A stretch of 64,000 bases of DNA from Candidatus Latescibacterota bacterium (GTDB lineage: Bacteria; Latescibacterota; UBA2968; GCA-2709665), in NCBI GenBank assembly GCA_965237675.1, contig OZ250150.1:2400001-2464000 (forward strand). Reading direction: 5' to 3'. Positions within the stretch are counted from its first letter, which is position 1; each line of letters opens with the position of its first letter. The position numbers and the translations under genes were made by a program. The notes under the pieces are model-generated. The model was given only the letters and a program-made list of their open reading frames with translations, was not told where the DNA came from and ran no database searches. Shown piece by piece: positions 59,343-64,000 of the stretch.

Positions 59343-60464
59343 TCATGGTGATCCATTTTTCCAGGGGTCCGGCCGGCGGAGGGGTTGCCGCCTGAAGCAG
59401 GCCCGGAGTTGGGAGGTGTCAGGATCGGCGCTGAGGGGGGTTGCGAGGATTCGGCGGAGTTGCTCCAGGCGGGCTACCGGATTGCGCCACGCGTTTAGCA
59501 ACGGGTGATTGGGATCCCGAAGGGCATCGAGGAGAGACCGGGCGGCGAGGAGGTGGAAGACGAAGTGGTGGCCGTCCAGCCGCGCCGCGATCTCGACCGC
59601 GGTTTCGGCGCGGTATTCAGACGCCAGGCTGGCATAGTGCGTGGCGAGCGCGGGCGTAAGCGCGCTGCGAAACCGGCCATCCGGCCGGCCGGCCCCGTTC
59701 GCGGTGGTGTACTGAGTAAGCCGGCGTTCGGGCCAGTCCCAGCCGATCTTGGAGAATTCAATAAACCGGAGGGTCCGGTCGGCGGGATTAATGACGATAT
59801 TGCGGGCGTGATAGTCGGTAGGGCCGGGCAGCGGGGCGGCGCGGCCGAGGTCTCCGAGAAGGTCGGAGAGCGCCTTTCGGATTCGCGCTATACGGTCGGC
59901 GCCCACGGGCCCTGAAAGTCGCTCCGCAAGGCGCGGCACGTCCCGGAGCAGGGGCTGGGTGGCCCGGCGCCAGGACCGGACCAGATCCGGCCGGTGGCAG
60001 CCGGGAAAGGTTCGCGGGGCAAAGACGCCGGTGTCGGCGTGAAAGCGGGATTGGATTCGACAGAAGGCGTCAACGGCCGGGCGGCCGTAATCGCTCGCGC
60101 CGCCATCCTGGCAGATATCGTCTAGCGTCTGGTCGCCGCACCATTCGAAAAAAATAAGGTCGAGGTCGGTATCGACAGCATAGAGCCGGGGGACGGGTGC
60201 CCCGCAAAGGCGCGCGTGGGCAAGTTGCTCGACATCCAGCAAATCGTGCGCTTTGCCTCGCGCAAGGGGTGCGAAGACGTGTTGTTTGGCGATGAGGTGA
60301 AACGCGTTCCGGAGGGTGATTTTCCAGACGTTCGGATGTCCGGGAATGGAATGGATATGTGTCACCGCGAAATCACCTGGAACGACGGTGGGTGCGATGC
60401 GGCGTATGGCCTCGACCAACGGATCGGTGGGATCAACACGCCTGGGATGAGAATGACGGCTCAT
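59343..60464 (-). CDS. Aminoglycoside-phosphotransferase/kinase-like protein with atypical motifs
   Basis: LIAKQ, PVPRLY, FFEWCG, PTDYHARN, FIEFSKIGWD; ATGA overlap with the upstream DUF362 stop. Confidence 0.65.
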   Translation of the reverse strand: MSRHSHPRRVDPTDPLVEAIRRIAPTVVPGDFAVTHIHSIPGHPNVWKITLRNAFHLIAKQHVFAPLARGKAHDLLDVEQLAHARLCGAPVPRLYAVDTDLDLIFFEWCGDQTLDDICQDGGASDYGRPAVDAFCRIQSRFHADTGVFAPRTFPGCHRPDLVRSWRRATQPLLRDVPRLAERLSGPVGADRIARIRKALSDLLGDLGRAAPLPGPTDYHARNIVINPADRTLRFIEFSKIGWDWPERRLTQYTTANGAGRPDGRFRSALTPALATHYASLASEYRAETAVEIAARLDGHHFVFHLLAARSLLDALRDPNHPLLNAWRNPVARLEQLRRILATPLSADPDTSQLRACFRRQPLRRPDPWKNGSP

Positions 60465-61732
60465 TTCCGATGCAGCGCCCGTTTTCGCAGGGAAAGGAAT
60501 TCCGGGGCTTCCCGCACACACGAGACGAGGATGCCGAGCGAACGCCGGAAGGCCTTGAACCCCGCACGCCGGATTTCGGGGGCTTCTTCTCCGACGTTTG
60601 TGAACCCGTCTTCGGAGGGGGTGAGGGCCTCCCAATTTCCGAAGAGACGGCCCCAATCGCTTTTCAGAACTTCCTGCATGCGTTTTTTTGCGACAAACGG
60701 ATACCAGAAGCTGTCGTGGTAGATCACGCTGGCCAGGTAGGACCACGGCGCCAGAAAGGTTTTGAGCGACCATTCGACGGGTTTCTTGAGGGGGCCCCAG
60801 TAGATCTTGTGCTGCATCCGCGAGGCGAAGGTCATTTTCCGGTAGGGGCCTGCAAATTGCCAGTTTTCTTCGGCAGCATCCGTATCGCCCACTATCTGAA
60901 TCCGGCGCGGGTCCCCGCAACCCAGGCCGCGGTCGTGCGCGAGCCGGATGTATTTGATTGACAGTGGATCGATCCCCATCATTTTGGCGGCGACCGCATC
61001 GATGGCAACCTGATCTGAACTGGCCAGGATGACGTTTTTGGCGTACGGAATCATGCATCGGGGTCCGGGCCCGTCTCCTGCAAACGTGCCGTCCATCACG
61101 GCGAATACGCCGGGATGGATTTTCCTCTGGATCATCAACAGGTCCACCAGGGTCTCGTGGATGACCGGATGTGTCCAGTGGCGCCGCTCGTTGAGGAGGC
61201 CGCCGAAGGCGTTTTTCATGGCCCCGGTTGTGGTAGTAAATACGTGGGTCTTTACGGTGGGCAGGTGGACGATGTTCTCCCCGATCAGGCGCTTGGGAAT
61301 GTGAAAGCCTCCGGGGTAGACCTCGTTCAGGCACAGGAACTCGTCGGTGAGATTGCCCACCGCATCCCGGATGTGGATCCATTCCTCGCCTTCGTAAAGG
61401 TGGATATTGCGCAGGCCGTGGGCATCCACGACGTGGATCTGTTTGTTCTCCCGCTCGCCCAGACGGGCGTCAATCACGACTGTTCGGTTGTGGCATGCAT
61501 GCATCAAGTCTTTGTGATAGCCGTCTTTTGCCATGGCGCGGATCACACCTTCGAGTTGCCATGGCGTCGTGGAACTGCCCGGGTAAAAGAAATGCCAGGA
61601 AATATTGACCTTCAGGGCGGTATCGAGCTTCTTGTCCAGGACGTCCTGGTACCCCGCCAGGTTCATGAGCCTGTGATAATCTCTCAGGACGGTTTCAGGT
61701 CTGGTTTTTAAAACCGCAACCCGGCTCTGCAT
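60461..61732 (-). CDS. DUF362 domain protein
   Basis: LKVNISW, LPTVKTH, TGAMKN.FG, MDGT..GDGPGP, DQVAID. Confidence 0.85.
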   Translation of the reverse strand: MQSRVAVLKTRPETVLRDYHRLMNLAGYQDVLDKKLDTALKVNISWHFFYPGSSTTPWQLEGVIRAMAKDGYHKDLMHACHNRTVVIDARLGERENKQIHVVDAHGLRNIHLYEGEEWIHIRDAVGNLTDEFLCLNEVYPGGFHIPKRLIGENIVHLPTVKTHVFTTTTGAMKNAFGGLLNERRHWTHPVIHETLVDLLMIQRKIHPGVFAVMDGTFAGDGPGPRCMIPYAKNVILASSDQVAIDAVAAKMMGIDPLSIKYIRLAHDRGLGCGDPRRIQIVGDTDAAEENWQFAGPYRKMTFASRMQHKIYWGPLKKPVEWSLKTFLAPWSYLASVIYHDSFWYPFVAKKRMQEVLKSDWGRLFGNWEALTPSEDGFTNVGEEAPEIRRAGFKAFRRSLGILVSCVREAPEFLSLRKRALHRK

Positions 61733-61793
61733 AACGAGTGCTTTCGAGCGGTGGCGATGAGGGGTGAGACCGGTAACGGTCGAACGGTCCCGT

Positions 61794-62663
61794 TTATTTG
61801 AAATAAAGCAGGGCAAAAACGGCAAGAAACCAGAGGCCGCCGTTGATCAGCAGCGATGAATCGCCCAGAATGGTGGAGGAAGGATTGCCGCCCTGGTTCT
61901 TCGCGTAGACCAGATAGAGGTACCGCAGAAGTCCGTAGATCACGAAGGGTATGGTAAGGTTGAGATGCGGAGTTCCGAGTTTCTGGACGACTTCGGGCGA
62001 CATGGTGTACAGCGCGTATGAGACGAGTGCGCCGGAGGTGACGACGGCGATCATCTGATCCAGGAACCGCGGCGTGTATTCATCCAGAATGCGGCGATGT
62101 CCGGCCGCTCCGGACTCCAGGAGGATCAATTCCTGACGGCGTTTGACAAACCCCATAAAAAGCGCCAGTAATACGGTGCAAAGGATAAGCCACGAGGAAA
62201 TCTCCACGTTGATGGCCAGGGCGCCGGCGATGGCTCGCAACAGGTATCCCGAAGCGATAATCATCACGTCCAGGATGACGACATGTTTCAGATATAATGA
62301 ATAGGCGACATTCATCAGCCCGTAGGCCAGCAGAATCCATCCAAAGGGGATGCTGAGCAGAAAAGCCAACGGTAGAACCGACAGGGCGATAACTACGGAC
62401 GCAATCCCCGCCGCTCCGGTGCTCAACCGACCCGCCGCAACCGGCCGGTTGCGCTTTTCGGGGTGTCGACGATCGGATTCGACATCTCGAATGTCGTTCA
62501 GAAGGTATACTGCGCTTGAAATAAGGCAGAAGAGGACGAATGCACCGCCGCTGCGTAACAGGTAACGGCCGTCGAGCAAGTGTTCTGAAAAGACGAGCGG
62601 GGCCAGCACGAACACGCTCTTTATCCACTGGTGCGGCCGCAACGATTGAATGAGTGGTCGCAT
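61794..62663 (-). CDS. UbiA-family decaprenyl-phosphate phosphoribosyltransferase-like membrane protein
   Basis: RPHQWIK, YLLNDIRDVESDRRHPEKRNRP, KRRQE. Confidence 0.88.
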   Translation of the reverse strand: MRPLIQSLRPHQWIKSVFVLAPLVFSEHLLDGRYLLRSGGAFVLFCLISSAVYLLNDIRDVESDRRHPEKRNRPVAAGRLSTGAAGIASVVIALSVLPLAFLLSIPFGWILLAYGLMNVAYSLYLKHVVILDVMIIASGYLLRAIAGALAINVEISSWLILCTVLLALFMGFVKRRQELILLESGAAGHRRILDEYTPRFLDQMIAVVTSGALVSYALYTMSPEVVQKLGTPHLNLTIPFVIYGLLRYLYLVYAKNQGGNPSSTILGDSSLLINGGLWFLAVFALLYFK

Positions 62664-62746
62664 TGGGGTGAGGATTCAGCGGTCGGTGAGGTTGGATCGA
62701 AGTTCCGGCGGCGGCATCCCCGTCTTCGGCCCGCGGGCCGCCGTTG

Positions 62747-64000
62747 TCAGATTGTCAACCCGAAGTAGATGCGGCTTCTGTCGATGTCGACGCCCTGAAT
62801 CCGTTCGCGGGTGGGGAAGGCCATCTGGAAATAGCCGTACAGGGGGAGTCTGTAGTTGGCGAACATCTGCATCCGGATTTCGAACCCCCAGTCGCTGAGA
62901 AAGGCGGAACGATTGAACCGGTCGTCGGAATCCAGCAAGACGCGCAGGCTCTCAAAATTGCCGGTGGCGCCGGTTTCCACGAAGAGGACACCGTAGATTT
63001 TATCGAAATGGAAGGGCGGCAGTTCTTTCGCCGCATTCTTGAGAATCGGAAAGGTCAGGCTGGCCCGGGCGAGCATGGCTTTGCCACCGGAACTCGAGAA
63101 ATAAGGATAGCCTCTGAGGGTGCCAATGCCTCCCAGATAGTACCGCAGAGGATAGTAGAATACGCCTTCGGCGGACGTGGTGTTCGCCTGAACGTCCTTG
63201 ATGGGCCTGTCCTTATAGGCGAGGAATGCCTGCAGGGCGAGCGTGGCTCGGCCGGGTAGGCCGATAAATTCGTTCCAGGACACGATATATTCGTTGATAC
63301 CCAGTTGGGCCTGATCAGACCGGTAAGTCGGGGCGGCCACGCCGTCCGGATTCAACTGGGTCTGAAAGAGCGAGTCGGTTACGGTGGCGTTGATGCGCCG
63401 GTATCTCAAGGTGATTGCCCTGCCCCGGGACGGGTTGACGAACGAATCCTTTGCGGGCAGGAAGTTGATGTACCGCCAGCCCGCGGTAAGGTCGTTGCTC
63501 TTGAAAAAACCGAGATCCCGGTAGAGGAAGTCGTCGAAGACAACCTCATCTTCGCCCAGGCCGGGAATCTGGTCGGTTATGTCGGTTATCTCGCCGTTCC
63601 TGTTCTGAACGAGCCGCGTGCTGTCCAGTATGACCTGTTTGATGTAGGTGCTTTCCTGGTACCGGCGATGTCCGTAGGACAGGGAGAGCACCTGTCGCCG
63701 TCCCACGCTCGTCTCGACGCCGACCACGAAATCTTTAAACAGGTTCTTGTACCTGTCTTCCTCTGTGAGCGAGAGGTTGGTGAAACTGGTGACCCCCGGC
63801 ACCAACCGGAGTGTGTCGTCGATCACGATCTGCAACGTGCCCGAGGTGGTGTCCCGGCGGGAGTTCACGATTCCCCGATCGATCAGGCTGTTGATGGTCT
63901 GTTGGCTGGCGCCGATGTAAATCCTCGGGGCGTATGTCCGGTCTTCGGTGTGAACGGCGGGCAGGCCTTTTGTATAGAACGCGGAAAATTTGGAGTTGAG
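62747..64000 (-). CDS. Omp85/BamA-TamA family outer-membrane barrel (partial, 5' end beyond the window)
   Basis: Frame open to the window edge; NPSRG, LGGIGTLRGY, C-terminal IYFGLTI. Confidence 0.7.
   Translation of the reverse strand, partial: LNSKFSAFYTKGLPAVHTEDRTYAPRIYIGASQQTINSLIDRGIVNSRRDTTSGTLQIVIDDTLRLVPGVTSFTNLSLTEEDRYKNLFKDFVVGVETSVGRRQVLSLSYGHRRYQESTYIKQVILDSTRLVQNRNGEITDITDQIPGLGEDEVVFDDFLYRDLGFFKSNDLTAGWRYINFLPAKDSFVNPSRGRAITLRYRRINATVTDSLFQTQLNPDGVAAPTYRSDQAQLGINEYIVSWNEFIGLPGRATLALQAFLAYKDRPIKDVQANTTSAEGVFYYPLRYYLGGIGTLRGYPYFSSSGGKAMLARASLTFPILKNAAKELPPFHFDKIYGVLFVETGATGNFESLRVLLDSDDRFNRSAFLSDWGFEIRMQMFANYRLPLYGYFQMAFPTRERIQGVDIDRSRIYFGLTI

Noticed and set aside
59343-61382. 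679-aa ORF as a single gene
   Set aside because: The first ~300 aa overlap the DUF362 gene in another frame and are Arg/Pro-rich noise. The real start is likely ATG 60464.

Overview
This is a 64 kb GC-rich bacterial window; lol, Omp85 and lipoprotein genes point to a diderm envelope. WD40 proteins and paired EF-hand/dockerin-like modules recall Latescibacterota or sponge-symbiont genomes, but that is inference only. Most of 12-47 kb and 55-64 kb is housekeeping and catabolic: M32 carboxypeptidase, nucleoside hydrolase, MetE-II-like, rsgA, two lolC/E, mutY, aroC, a SelA-like PLP enzyme, sulfatase, mtnA, rsfS, carA, pyrC, LarA-like, Fe-ADH, DUF362, UbiA and a partial Omp85. Two accessory zones stand out. 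(1) At 1-12 kb is an all-minus-strand accretion zone. It holds a UGA-containing Rdx/SelW-family selenoprotein missed by the ORF track (CAAU motif, SECIS-like hairpin, near-consensus promoter and RBS), an MNT-HEPN fusion, a GC-rich phoX segment fused to a TPR lipoprotein, and two dockerin-tagged metalloproteases, one split by a 1816-bp IS with a 6-bp TSD. Decayed copies of the SelW and MNT genes sit right after passenger genes. (2) At 47-55 kb is a 1759-aa exonuclease-RecQ-UvrD fusion followed by three decayed two-gene, toxin-antitoxin-like modules. Several MITE and REP-like repeats and an unannotated 54-aa single-TM protein were also found. No CRISPR array, tRNA or rRNA was seen. All family assignments are by-eye motif recognition, not database searches.
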